From positions 69,063 through 133,062 of the forward strand of contig DLSM01000010.1 in the NCBI GenBank assembly GCA_002500135.1: DNA of 64,000 bases. Direction: 5' to 3'. This document shows positions 53,309-61,738 of this stretch, in pieces (positions within the stretch are counted from its first letter, which is position 1; each line of letters begins with the position of its first letter). Both the position numbers and the translations under genes were made by a program. Source of the DNA: Christensenella sp. UBA7862. Lineage in GTDB: Bacteria > Bacillota > Clostridia > Christensenellales > UBA1242. Below the pieces are notes generated by a model. It was not told the origin of the DNA. It saw only the letters and a program-made list of their open reading frames with translations, and made no database searches.

Positions 53309-53725
53309 ATGAGCAAATACCCAGAAAAAGTTGTTGAACTTTGCAAACTTCTTGACGAAAAAAAAGCAAGCGATATTGTCGTGTGTGACGTTTCAAAAGC
53401 AAAGGACTTTGTAAAATATTTTATTGTAGCAACACTTGATTCTACAGCACACATAAGGGAAGTTGTAGATTTTCTTATGGAAAACACTTCTGGCGGTGAC
53501 TTTTCTTTTTGGCAAAGAGAAGGCTTTAATATGAGCGAATGGGTCGTGCTTGATTATTATGACGTCTTTATTCACTTGTTTACAAAAGACGAGCGAAATC
53601 ACTATAGTTTTGACAAACTCATGTCGGGCGAAGCCTCTGTGCAATCTTACAAACGAATTTTATCCGACATCCAAAAACAACAAAAACTTCAAAATGAACA
53701 AACAAAGGAAAAGAATAAAAAATGA
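53309..53725 (+). CDS. rsfS: ribosome silencing factor RsfS
   Basis: KKASDIVVCDVSKAKDFVKYFIVATLDSTAHI...WVVLDYYDVFIHLF signature. Confidence 0.9.
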   Translation: MSKYPEKVVELCKLLDEKKASDIVVCDVSKAKDFVKYFIVATLDSTAHIREVVDFLMENTSGGDFSFWQREGFNMSEWVVLDYYDVFIHLFTKDERNHYSFDKLMSGEASVQSYKRILSDIQKQQKLQNEQTKEKNKK

Positions 53726-54288
53726 ATGCAAGTGAAATATTTTTTTGGGTTCTTATCAGCGTGTTTTGTTTGGCGTTTTTGTTCCTAATTGTGGAAGTGG
53801 TGGCATTTCAAATTGTAAAAATAAAAGGCAAAAAACTTCTTCCAGATGTAAAGGAAGATAGACTTTTGATGTTTGAAATTTCACTTTCACTTCGCCAAAC
53901 AAAAATCATTGCAAAAGAAATTTTGCCTTACATAGAAAATGGCGATATAATAGTTTTGCAAGGTGACTTGGGGGCTGGCAAAAGTGTCCTCACAAGGGAA
54001 ATTTTGGGACAACTTGGTGTAAAGAACAAAATTACAAGCCCAACTTTCACTTTGGTCAACGAATACAAAACGGGAAATGGGCATTATTATCATTTTGATA
54101 TGTATAGGCTTGAGGACGAAACAGAAGCGGAAAACATTGGCTTTGAAGAAATGATTGCAGACGGTGAGGCTATAAAATTTGTTGAATGGGCAGAAAATGT
54201 GAAAAATTATCTGCCAAAACACTATAAAAAAATCTCAATCGCAAAACTCGGCAAACACAGCAGAGCCATTGCTTTTGAGCAAATTTAA
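53722..54288 (+). CDS. tsaE: tRNA t6A biosynthesis ATPase TsaE (start ambiguous)
   Basis: LQGDLGAGKSVLTREI Walker A, SPTFTLVNEY and HFDMYRL motifs. ATG at 53722 overlaps the rsfS stop (ATGA) and adds a hydrophobic 49-aa N-terminus. The alternative ATG at 53869 gives a canonical-length TsaE. Confidence 0.8.
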   Translation: MNASEIFFWVLISVFCLAFLFLIVEVVAFQIVKIKGKKLLPDVKEDRLLMFEISLSLRQTKIIAKEILPYIENGDIIVLQGDLGAGKSVLTREILGQLGVKNKITSPTFTLVNEYKTGNGHYYHFDMYRLEDETEAENIGFEEMIADGEAIKFVEWAENVKNYLPKHYKKISIAKLGKHSRAIAFEQI

Positions 54289-54297
54289 AGAGGAATT

Positions 54298-55347
54298 ATG
54301 GAACTTATTATTGACACAAGTTCAGATGAACTTATTGCTATTTTAAAAGATAAGGGAAAAGTGTATCAAGCAGAAAAACTTCGCGGAAAACACCAAGAAA
54401 CACTTTTGCCACAAATTGACTTGTTGCTGAAAAACACTAGCAAAACTTCAAAAGATATAGACGTTTTTGGCGTTGTTGTGGGGCCAGGGTCTTTTACGGG
54501 TGTAAGGCTTGCAGTGTCCACAGTCAAAGCCTTTTGTTCAGTTTTCGACAAAAAGGTTATCGGCATAAATATGCTTGAACTTTTGGGTGAAAAACTAAAA
54601 GACGGGCAAGCAGCCGCAATAAAATGCACCAGTCAAAAAGTTTATCTTGTAAAGAAAGAAAGAGGTGAACTCCATAAGTCCGTTTGCCCAAATGAAGAAG
54701 TTTTGCCACTTGCAAAAACTCACAATCTTTTTGGCTTCAACATGGGCAAAATTGGGGAAGAAACTCTGCCACAAATTGCTTTAAGCACAGACGATTACAT
54801 TAACTTTGTTGAAAGGGAGATTAAACAAAACAACTTTGTTCCCGCTCAAAGACTTGAACCAGTGTATATGGCTCTTTCTCAAGCGGAAGAAGAACTTTTG
54901 AAAAAAGAACATACACAAATTGTTCCTTTTGAAGAAAAATATGCAGAAGATATGTTTGAACTGCAAGACGCCGTCATGCCAGAACTTGACAAAATGTCAA
55001 AAAAGAGTTTTATGGCGGAATTTAAGGAAAAAACAAGAACATATTTTGTTGCAAAAAGAGGAGATTTTGTTGTAGGCTATATTGGACTTTTGTCTTGCGA
55101 CACCGACCAAAATATAGTTAGCGTTGCCGTCAGAAAAGAACTTTGGGGACAAGGAATTGGAAGCAAACTTGTCTTGCGAGCAAAAAAGTTTGCCGTGGAT
55201 AATGACTACAAAACTTTGTCACTTGAAGTTGATGAAAAAAATGATAGAGCGGTTACTTTTTACAAAAAAATTGGCTTTGAAGTAACAAATATTAGAAAAA
55301 AATATTATAAGGATAATGACGCCCTTGTGATGTTTTTGAAAATATGA
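54298..55347 (+). CDS. tsaB: TsaB (t6A threonylcarbamoyl-transfer complex dimerisation subunit) fused to RimI-type GNAT acetyltransferase
   Basis: N-terminus IDTSSDELIAIL...VVGPGSFTGVRLAVSTVKAF is TsaB. The C-terminal 150 aa (VAVRKELWGQGIGSKLV...FYKKIGFE) are a GNAT/RimI domain. Confidence 0.8.
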   Translation: MELIIDTSSDELIAILKDKGKVYQAEKLRGKHQETLLPQIDLLLKNTSKTSKDIDVFGVVVGPGSFTGVRLAVSTVKAFCSVFDKKVIGINMLELLGEKLKDGQAAAIKCTSQKVYLVKKERGELHKSVCPNEEVLPLAKTHNLFGFNMGKIGEETLPQIALSTDDYINFVEREIKQNNFVPAQRLEPVYMALSQAEEELLKKEHTQIVPFEEKYAEDMFELQDAVMPELDKMSKKSFMAEFKEKTRTYFVAKRGDFVVGYIGLLSCDTDQNIVSVAVRKELWGQGIGSKLVLRAKKFAVDNDYKTLSLEVDEKNDRAVTFYKKIGFEVTNIRKKYYKDNDALVMFLKI

Positions 55348-56087
55348 AATGTTATTTTGAGAATGTAGAAATAAACTATGAAATATTAAAAACGGGGGAG
55401 ATAGGCACTCCCCTTGTTTTTTTGCATGGCTGGGGTGGCAGCACAAAAAGTTTTGAATATTTTGCAAAGAAAATGAGTAAATATCGCACATGCGTCCTCA
55501 TTGACTTCCCGCCATTTGGAAAATCTGGAAGTTTTGACACTCCTTGGGATGTTGACAAATATACAAATTGTGTTTTGCAAGTTTTAAAAGACATTGGGGC
55601 AAAAAAATGTGACATTGTAGCACATTCCTTTGGCGGCAGGGTCGCCCTTCAAATGGCTGGAAAAACTGATATTGTTAGGCGAATGCTTCTCACTGGCTGT
55701 GCGGGGATAAATCAAAAAAGTTTTAAAACAAAATGCAAAATTAGGATATATAAGTTTAAAAAGTTTTTATGCAAATGCGGACTTTTATCAAAGTCAAAAC
55801 TTTTGGGCAAGGGAAGTGAGGAATACAAAAATCTTTCCCCTATTATGAAACAAACTTTTAGGAATGTTGTAAATTATGATGAAAGATATTTGTTCAAAAA
55901 TATTTCTTGCCCAACACTTCTTGTTTGGGGAAAAGATGACACAGCAACCCCTTTTCGCTGGACAAAAATCTTTAAAAAACATATAAAAGATTGTGAAGTT
56001 ATAAGTCTAGACGGCGACCACTTTGCTTATCTTCAAAATGCGAGCAAATTTCTTAAAATAATGCAATCTTTTTTGGCAAAAATATAA
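55344..56087 (+). CDS. alpha/beta-fold hydrolase
   Basis: LVFLHGWGGS and AHSFGGRVAL (G-x-S-x-G). Confidence 0.75.
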   Translation: MKCYFENVEINYEILKTGEIGTPLVFLHGWGGSTKSFEYFAKKMSKYRTCVLIDFPPFGKSGSFDTPWDVDKYTNCVLQVLKDIGAKKCDIVAHSFGGRVALQMAGKTDIVRRMLLTGCAGINQKSFKTKCKIRIYKFKKFLCKCGLLSKSKLLGKGSEEYKNLSPIMKQTFRNVVNYDERYLFKNISCPTLLVWGKDDTATPFRWTKIFKKHIKDCEVISLDGDHFAYLQNASKFLKIMQSFLAKI

Positions 56088-56146
56088 AATCATTAACTTT
56101 TGGTTTGAATATACAAAAAATAGTGCTAAAATAAAGCGAGGTGAAA

Positions 56147-57772
56147 ATGAATTTTCTTGCAGTTGATAACATTCATTTGTATATAACGATTGTCCTATCG
56201 CTCCTAAACGGAGTGCTTATGTGCTTTGCTTCATACAAATATTTTCAAATTATCCAACTTTCTGGCTACAAACTCAAAGGCTACTTCAGTTGGCTTAGGG
56301 AAACAAAGTGGAGTTATGCTTTAAGAATGGTGCTTTTAAGTTTGCTCAGTGGCTTTTGCGTACTTGTAACGAATGCACTTTTCAACGTCTATCACAAGCA
56401 AGCGTTATATTCATATATCGGGTTGATATTTTATTTCTATTTTGCAATCGTCTTCATAAAAGCCCTTTACAACGCTCCAAAGAAAATTCCACTTAAAAAC
56501 ACCACCCGCATGACAAGACTTAATGTTGCAATGTTCATTTTCGTAAGTTTGTTTTCGTTTGCAGTCGTTTGGGCGTCATTTCAACACCTAAATTTTGTAA
56601 AGTTCGGGGCCTTGTGCTTTGTGCCTGCATTTGTTGTGTTTATTGTTCCTATCGTGCATATAATAATGCTTCCACTTGAAAAACTTATCGTTGCAAGATA
56701 TCTTCACAGTGCAAAAAGAAAACTTGTCAAACGCCAAGACTTAATTAAAATTGGCATTACGGGAAGTTATGCGAAAACAAGTGTAAAATACATCTTGAAC
56801 ACAATTCTATCTCAAAAATACAAAGTTTGTATGAGCCCTCAAAGTTTTAACACCCAAACGGGACTTAGCAAAGTGGTGAACAACTATCTTACAGACCTAG
56901 ACCAAGTTCTTATTGCCGAAATGGGGGCAAGGAGCAAGGGAGATATCAAAAAACTTTGCAAACTTATCTCGCCAAAATATGGAATAATAACGGGAATTTC
57001 ACCACAACACCTTTTGACATTTAAATCTTTGGATAACATAAAGAAAACAAAATTTGAACTGGTGGAAAGTTTGCCAAGTGACGGAACTTGTGTGTTTAAT
57101 GGTTTTGACAGCGAAGTTTGCGACATGTATTCATGGACAAAATTAGAGAAAAAATATCTTGTTGGAAAAGACAAAGACCTTGCCGCAAAAGACATTACAT
57201 TTGACCAAGATGGCACAAAATTTACCCTTGTTATGGGTAAAAAAGAGTATAAAGTTTCAACAAAACTTTTGGGCGAACACAATGTCCAAAACATATTACT
57301 CTGCGTCAAAATGGCAAAATGCCTTGACCTTGACGACAAACAAATTATTGCTGGAATTGAGTCCTTGCAACCAGTGCCACATCGACTTGAAATTATAAAA
57401 ACTCCAACAAACATTATCCTTGACGACTCCTTCAACGCAAATGTCCGTGGCAGCAAAATCGCTCTTGATGTGTTGAGCAAACTTCCGGGTAGAAAAGTTG
57501 TTATAACTCCAGGGCTTGTGGAACTGGGAGAAAAAGAATATGAAGAAAACTTCGCCTTTGGTGCGGAAATCGCAAAAATATCTGACTTTGTAATTATCGT
57601 AAACAAAGTGAATTTTGAAGCAATTAAAGCAGGTCTTGACAGCGAGAACTTTAAGGAAGAAAATATCTTCCAAGCCGAAACCCTAGACCAAGCCAAAATA
57701 CTCATGAAAGACTTTCTCGCCCCCGGTGACACAATCCTCTTTGAAAACGACCTCCCAGACAACTATATCTAA
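56147..57772 (+). CDS. murF: Mur ligase family protein, MurF-like, with about 190-aa polytopic N-terminal membrane domain
   Basis: ATG at 56147 after GAGGTG. Five or so hydrophobic helices are followed by GITGSYAKTS (Mur P-loop), EMGARSKGDI, PHRLE...LDDSFNANVRGS...ITPGLVELGE (MurF C-terminal motifs). Confidence 0.7.
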   Translation: MNFLAVDNIHLYITIVLSLLNGVLMCFASYKYFQIIQLSGYKLKGYFSWLRETKWSYALRMVLLSLLSGFCVLVTNALFNVYHKQALYSYIGLIFYFYFAIVFIKALYNAPKKIPLKNTTRMTRLNVAMFIFVSLFSFAVVWASFQHLNFVKFGALCFVPAFVVFIVPIVHIIMLPLEKLIVARYLHSAKRKLVKRQDLIKIGITGSYAKTSVKYILNTILSQKYKVCMSPQSFNTQTGLSKVVNNYLTDLDQVLIAEMGARSKGDIKKLCKLISPKYGIITGISPQHLLTFKSLDNIKKTKFELVESLPSDGTCVFNGFDSEVCDMYSWTKLEKKYLVGKDKDLAAKDITFDQDGTKFTLVMGKKEYKVSTKLLGEHNVQNILLCVKMAKCLDLDDKQIIAGIESLQPVPHRLEIIKTPTNIILDDSFNANVRGSKIALDVLSKLPGRKVVITPGLVELGEKEYEENFAFGAEIAKISDFVIIVNKVNFEAIKAGLDSENFKEENIFQAETLDQAKILMKDFLAPGDTILFENDLPDNYI

Positions 57773-57776
57773 CCTC

Positions 57777-57806
57777 AAAAGACTAGACCTTCTAGTCTTT
57801 TTTCTA
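57777..57806. repeat. left copy of perfect 30-bp direct repeat (also the murF intrinsic terminator)
   Basis: AAAAGACTAGACCTTCTAGTCTTTTTTCTA is identical to 60419-60448. It contains the hairpin AGACTAGA-CCT-TCTAGTCT plus T6. Confidence 0.95.
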
Positions 57807-57810
57807 GGGG

Positions 57811-57839
57811 TTGACAAATAGATGAAAATATGGTAAAAT
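57811..57839 (+). promoter_or_regulatory. consensus extended -10 promoter at the left edge of the inserted cassette
   Basis: TTGACA (57811-57816), 17 nt, TGgTAAAAT (57831-57839). Confidence 0.6.
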
Positions 57840-57863
57840 TCCTATAATATCAAGGAGGGGGAT

Positions 57864-58964
57864 ATGAAATTATTTAAAAAGAAAGCAATAATTGTATCTA
57901 TCTTTATGGCAATTATTGTGAGTTTATCATTTCTTATGTCAGGATACATAAACTCAAAAACAGAAATCGCAGTCCGAAATGTGGATGTTAGCGAAATTGG
58001 CACCTTATCGTATGAAGAAAAAGCCGCAGAACTAAAAGAAAAGTTTGATAGTATTGAAACTTTTGAAAATGATGATTATATTGGCTTTTGTGGTGAGATT
58101 AATGTTGATAAATATAATTTGTTAAATACAAGTTATGAGAATGATGAGGTAAAGGAAAAATATGCCTCACAAATTAACAAAAATACAGATGAAATTACTA
58201 TAGAGAAAAATATAATTGTTGATGGGACAAGTGTTGGAACTGTTTCAGAATCTTTTAGTACAAGGTATGATGAAGTAAATGATAGATACCTTCTTATTGA
58301 TCAAGATGGGAATGAGATTGATGTTTTTACACAACTAAATGAAGACAATATGAATGAATGTTTTGCACTTTTTGCTGTTATTGCAACGCTCACTATAAAA
58401 CAGATTATAGCAGTTTGTGTTGTTACAGCAATCACTATTGTTGTCGCTGTGAATGCAAAAACTATTGCAAATGATATTAAAACCTTGGTTGATGGAGTTC
58501 GTGACGGAGTTATTTCTTTCTGGGAAAGAATTAAACTTATGCTTGGACAGATAACTGCAATAGCCTTGGCTGGAACAATTTCTTTAACAGAGGCTTTGGC
58601 TAAGGAAATATATGAAGTGGCAAAAAATCGAAAAGATTGTTATTTGTTGTGTGGAACTATAACTGGGGCAGGCTTTATTCCAATTATGTATAAATTTACA
58701 AATTATGAAAACGCACGTAATTGGATAAAACGAGGCGGTTCTGTTTGGTCACCATTCTCATCAACAGCCGAAAGATGTGTTGAAGGGGCGGGATTTGTCC
58801 CAGGGGGAAAAGATGAAATGAGCAAGCAATATGTTCCTTACGTGGCAGAGTGCCACAAGATTTCACCATTTTCATTTTATCATTATCATACGCTTAGAAA
58901 TCATAGTTATATTAGAGTAAACAATTCTGCTCATTCGTTCTTTGGTTTGCCAGTTAGAAAATAG
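57864..58964 (+). CDS. cassette gene 1: hypothetical membrane protein (366 aa) with N-terminal anchor, central hydrophobic/amphipathic region and Cys/His-containing C-terminal domain
   Basis: ATG after GGAGGGGG. MKLFKKKAIIVSIFMAIIVSLSFLMSG. Central region CFALFAVIATLTIKQIIAVCVVTAITIVVAV. C-terminus ...KDCYLLCG...FYHYHTLRNHSYIRVNNSAHSFFGLPVRK. AT-rich. Confidence 0.6.
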   Translation: MKLFKKKAIIVSIFMAIIVSLSFLMSGYINSKTEIAVRNVDVSEIGTLSYEEKAAELKEKFDSIETFENDDYIGFCGEINVDKYNLLNTSYENDEVKEKYASQINKNTDEITIEKNIIVDGTSVGTVSESFSTRYDEVNDRYLLIDQDGNEIDVFTQLNEDNMNECFALFAVIATLTIKQIIAVCVVTAITIVVAVNAKTIANDIKTLVDGVRDGVISFWERIKLMLGQITAIALAGTISLTEALAKEIYEVAKNRKDCYLLCGTITGAGFIPIMYKFTNYENARNWIKRGGSVWSPFSSTAERCVEGAGFVPGGKDEMSKQYVPYVAECHKISPFSFYHYHTLRNHSYIRVNNSAHSFFGLPVRK

Positions 58965-58974
58965 TGAGGGTGTT

Positions 58975-59706
58975 ATGGAAGAATTTAAAAAGATAAATGA
59001 CTTATCGGATTACATGAGTGAAAATTACAAGGCAAGCAAGTTTCTAAATTTGAAAAATGCTTCTGAAAGATTTCCTAACTTGTTTTACTCTAAAAATATT
59101 TCTGAAATATCAAACTGCTTAATAAACGAGGGTGATAGATATGTTTGTTATGTGTTTGATAGGAAAGAGAATGTTTTTATCATAGCCAGTTATTATGAAG
59201 ATAACACAATAAGAGAAATCTTTATTCCTGACGAATTCCAGTGCGATTTTGATAAAAGTGAAATTGATAAATTATATTCATTTGTCCCTTTCTTTACACA
59301 ATATATGAGTAATAACGGAGCAAGTGAATTTAACAATATAATAAAAAAATACAATGGCGTTTATAATGAAGAAAACATAAAAGATTTGTTTGTGAACTGC
59401 TTTAATGCGAAGGAAGTTAGTGAACAAGAAGTTTATGATAATTGTTTTTTGATTAGAAATATTGAAATCAATAATATAAATCAAAAAGAGAAAGTTAAAA
59501 ATCAATTTCATAATTTTACAAAGAAATGTTTTTATCTCGAGGGAGAAATGTTCTATATCCCTAGACTTGAAAAAGAGTGCTATATTGTTGTTGAATTTAG
59601 TAACAACAAACTTATAAGTATTATGTTTGGCTTTAACCGTTTTAAATATAAAAGGCAACTTGAACAACTTGTTGATGTTAAAGAAGTTTTGAATTTATTA
59701 TCTTGA
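58975..59706 (+). CDS. cassette gene 2: hypothetical cytoplasmic Asn/Glu/Lys-rich protein (243 aa)
   Basis: ATG at 58975, 11 nt after the gene 1 stop, with a GAGGGTG RBS. No TM segment and no recognised family. Confidence 0.55.
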   Translation: MEEFKKINDLSDYMSENYKASKFLNLKNASERFPNLFYSKNISEISNCLINEGDRYVCYVFDRKENVFIIASYYEDNTIREIFIPDEFQCDFDKSEIDKLYSFVPFFTQYMSNNGASEFNNIIKKYNGVYNEENIKDLFVNCFNAKEVSEQEVYDNCFLIRNIEINNINQKEKVKNQFHNFTKKCFYLEGEMFYIPRLEKECYIVVEFSNNKLISIMFGFNRFKYKRQLEQLVDVKEVLNLLS

Positions 59707-59738
59707 GGATTGTGCTTTTATGATAAAGGAGTATTTAA

Positions 59739-60428
59739 TTGAAAAAAAGAACTTTAATTATAAATTACATCGTTTTGGGGCTGCTGTTTATTGTGAATAT
59801 TATGGCTATAATTTTCTATGTAACACCAGTGGACACGGATAGAGTTTTTGAAGAAAATATACTGAAAGTTGTTGAAATTAAGTCTTCAAGCGACGAAGAG
59901 GCTTGGGGATATGCCACTGGGTTTTTTATTGATGGTAATGGCACAATCTTAACGAATAGGCATGTCGTTAGAGATTTAACATCTAATGTAAACTATGGTG
60001 TGATAAAAGTGCGAACTGCAACTGAAGAAGAATGGATTGACGCAACAATTTTAAAAGTTAGTGAAAAAGATGATTTGGCGTTGATAAAAATAGAAAGGGA
60101 AAATACAAAATATTTTGTCTTTGATGAAAATGTCCTTAATGGAGAAACAATTTTTACAATAGGCAACCCTAGTGGGTTTGGGTTGTCATTTGCTACTGGT
60201 GTTGTTTCCAGTAATAGAAGGGGTATTGTTTATAATGGTCAAGAGATTGAAACTATGCAAACAAGCCTTGTGATAAATGAAGGAAACAGTGGTGGACCTG
60301 TTTTTAATTTAAGTGGAAAGGCGCTAGGAATTATCAGTTTTAGATTAAAAGATAGGAATAATGATGTTATTCAGGGTGTATCATTTGCATTAAGAGCAAG
60401 CACAATAAATAACTTTTTAAAAGACTAG
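59739..60428 (+). CDS. cassette gene 3: membrane-anchored trypsin-like (S1C/HtrA-type, no PDZ) serine protease
   Basis: TTG start after AGGAG. N-terminal TM (LIINYIVLGLLFIVNIMAIIFYV). Catalytic triad contexts TNRHVV, DDLALIKI, GNSGGPVFN. The stop codon lies inside the right 30-bp repeat. Confidence 0.8.
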   Translation: MKKRTLIINYIVLGLLFIVNIMAIIFYVTPVDTDRVFEENILKVVEIKSSSDEEAWGYATGFFIDGNGTILTNRHVVRDLTSNVNYGVIKVRTATEEEWIDATILKVSEKDDLALIKIERENTKYFVFDENVLNGETIFTIGNPSGFGLSFATGVVSSNRRGIVYNGQEIETMQTSLVINEGNSGGPVFNLSGKALGIISFRLKDRNNDVIQGVSFALRASTINNFLKD

Positions 60429-60448
60429 ACCTTCTAGTCTTTTTTCTA
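60419..60448. repeat. right copy of perfect 30-bp direct repeat (terminator of cassette)
   Basis: AAAAGACTAGACCTTCTAGTCTTTTTTCTA is identical to 57777-57806. Confidence 0.95.
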
Positions 60449-60497
60449 AACATTTTGGCGGGCTGTTTCATATATAAAGCCAAAGGACGGGAAAGAT

Positions 60498-61646
60498 ATG
60501 AAACAGAATGTTGTGGTGTTATTTGGCGGGGTGAGTGTTGAACATGATATTTCAGTTATAACGGGTTCGCAAGTGCTTGCAAATTTGGATAGGGAAAGGG
60601 ACAATATTATTCCAATATACATTTCAAAAGACGGGAGATTCTTGACGGACGAAAACTTTTGGGATGTTACATATTTTGCAAAAGAACAAAACTTCTCTAA
60701 GGCGAAGCAAGTGTTTTTTGCTGCGGGTGGCAATTTGTTTTGCATAAAGGGCAAAAAGGCAAAACTTTTATGTAAGGTAGATTTTGCATATCTTGCACTT
60801 CATGGCGGAATGGGCGAAAGCGGCTCTGTTCAAGGGCTTCTTGATTGTGTTGGGGTGAAATATTCCAGTTGTGACAGTTTTGCAAGCGGTGTTTGCATGA
60901 ACAAATTTTGCACCAAAGTTCTAGCAAAAGAGCAAAAAATACCTGTTGCAAAGGGCATTTTGCTATCTTCAGACGACAAAAATATTTCTGCAAGCAACCT
61001 TGCCGAGCGGGTTAAGGGGCTTAATTATCCAATAGTTGTAAAGCCAAACAATCTTGGCAGCAGCATTGGCATAACCTTTTGCAAAGACGAGGAGATGTTG
61101 CATGGGGCGGTGACTTTTGCTTTCCTATTTGACACAGAAGTTCTGTGCGAGGAAGCAGTTTGCAACTTAAGAGAACTCAACATCGCTTGCCTTGGGACAA
61201 GGGAAATGTGCGAATGTTCTCTTGTTGAAGAAGTGACACCAAACAAAGATTTCTTAACTTTTGAAAACAAATATCTTGGTGGCGGCAAGGGCATGGAATC
61301 GCAAAAGCGAATTGTGCCAGCAAGCGTTTCAAAAAAGATACTGAATAGGATAGAAATTTATGCAAAGAGAATGTTTAAGGCGGTTAAAATGAAGGGCTGT
61401 GTGCGAATGGATTTTTTGATGGACGAAAAGACAGAAACAGTCTATCTTAATGAAGTTAATCCAATCCCTGGCTCGCTGGCGAATTATCTTTGGGGGAATA
61501 AGGGCTATTCTTTCCAAAACCTGCTTGAAAAAATGAAGGACTATGCCGACATGGACTATGAGGAAAAGGCAAAAAAGATAACTCAATTTTCCTCTTCAGT
61601 TTTGAAAAACTTTTCTGGGTGCGATGGGGATAAATTCGGGAAATAA
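60498..61646 (+). CDS. ddl: D-alanine--D-alanine ligase
   Basis: VLFGGVSVEHDISVITG, LHGGMGESGSVQGLL, VKPNNLGSSIGI, and the C-terminal NEVNPIPGS ATP-grasp motifs. Confidence 0.93.
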   Translation: MKQNVVVLFGGVSVEHDISVITGSQVLANLDRERDNIIPIYISKDGRFLTDENFWDVTYFAKEQNFSKAKQVFFAAGGNLFCIKGKKAKLLCKVDFAYLALHGGMGESGSVQGLLDCVGVKYSSCDSFASGVCMNKFCTKVLAKEQKIPVAKGILLSSDDKNISASNLAERVKGLNYPIVVKPNNLGSSIGITFCKDEEMLHGAVTFAFLFDTEVLCEEAVCNLRELNIACLGTREMCECSLVEEVTPNKDFLTFENKYLGGGKGMESQKRIVPASVSKKILNRIEIYAKRMFKAVKMKGCVRMDFLMDEKTETVYLNEVNPIPGSLANYLWGNKGYSFQNLLEKMKDYADMDYEEKAKKITQFSSSVLKNFSGCDGDKFGK

Positions 61647-61738
61647 CAATTAATACAAAAATTGGGAAACATGATTTTCGTTGATTTTTGTTGTAAATTT
61701 GTGTAATTTATTGTATCATTTTACAAAAGGGAAAAGAA

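Noticed and set aside
56884-57762. 292-aa ORF antisense to the murF-like gene
   Set aside because: Ser/Phe/Leu-rich low-complexity translation typical of a shadow frame opposite a real gene. It has no RBS and no motifs, while the sense frame has clear Mur-ligase motifs.
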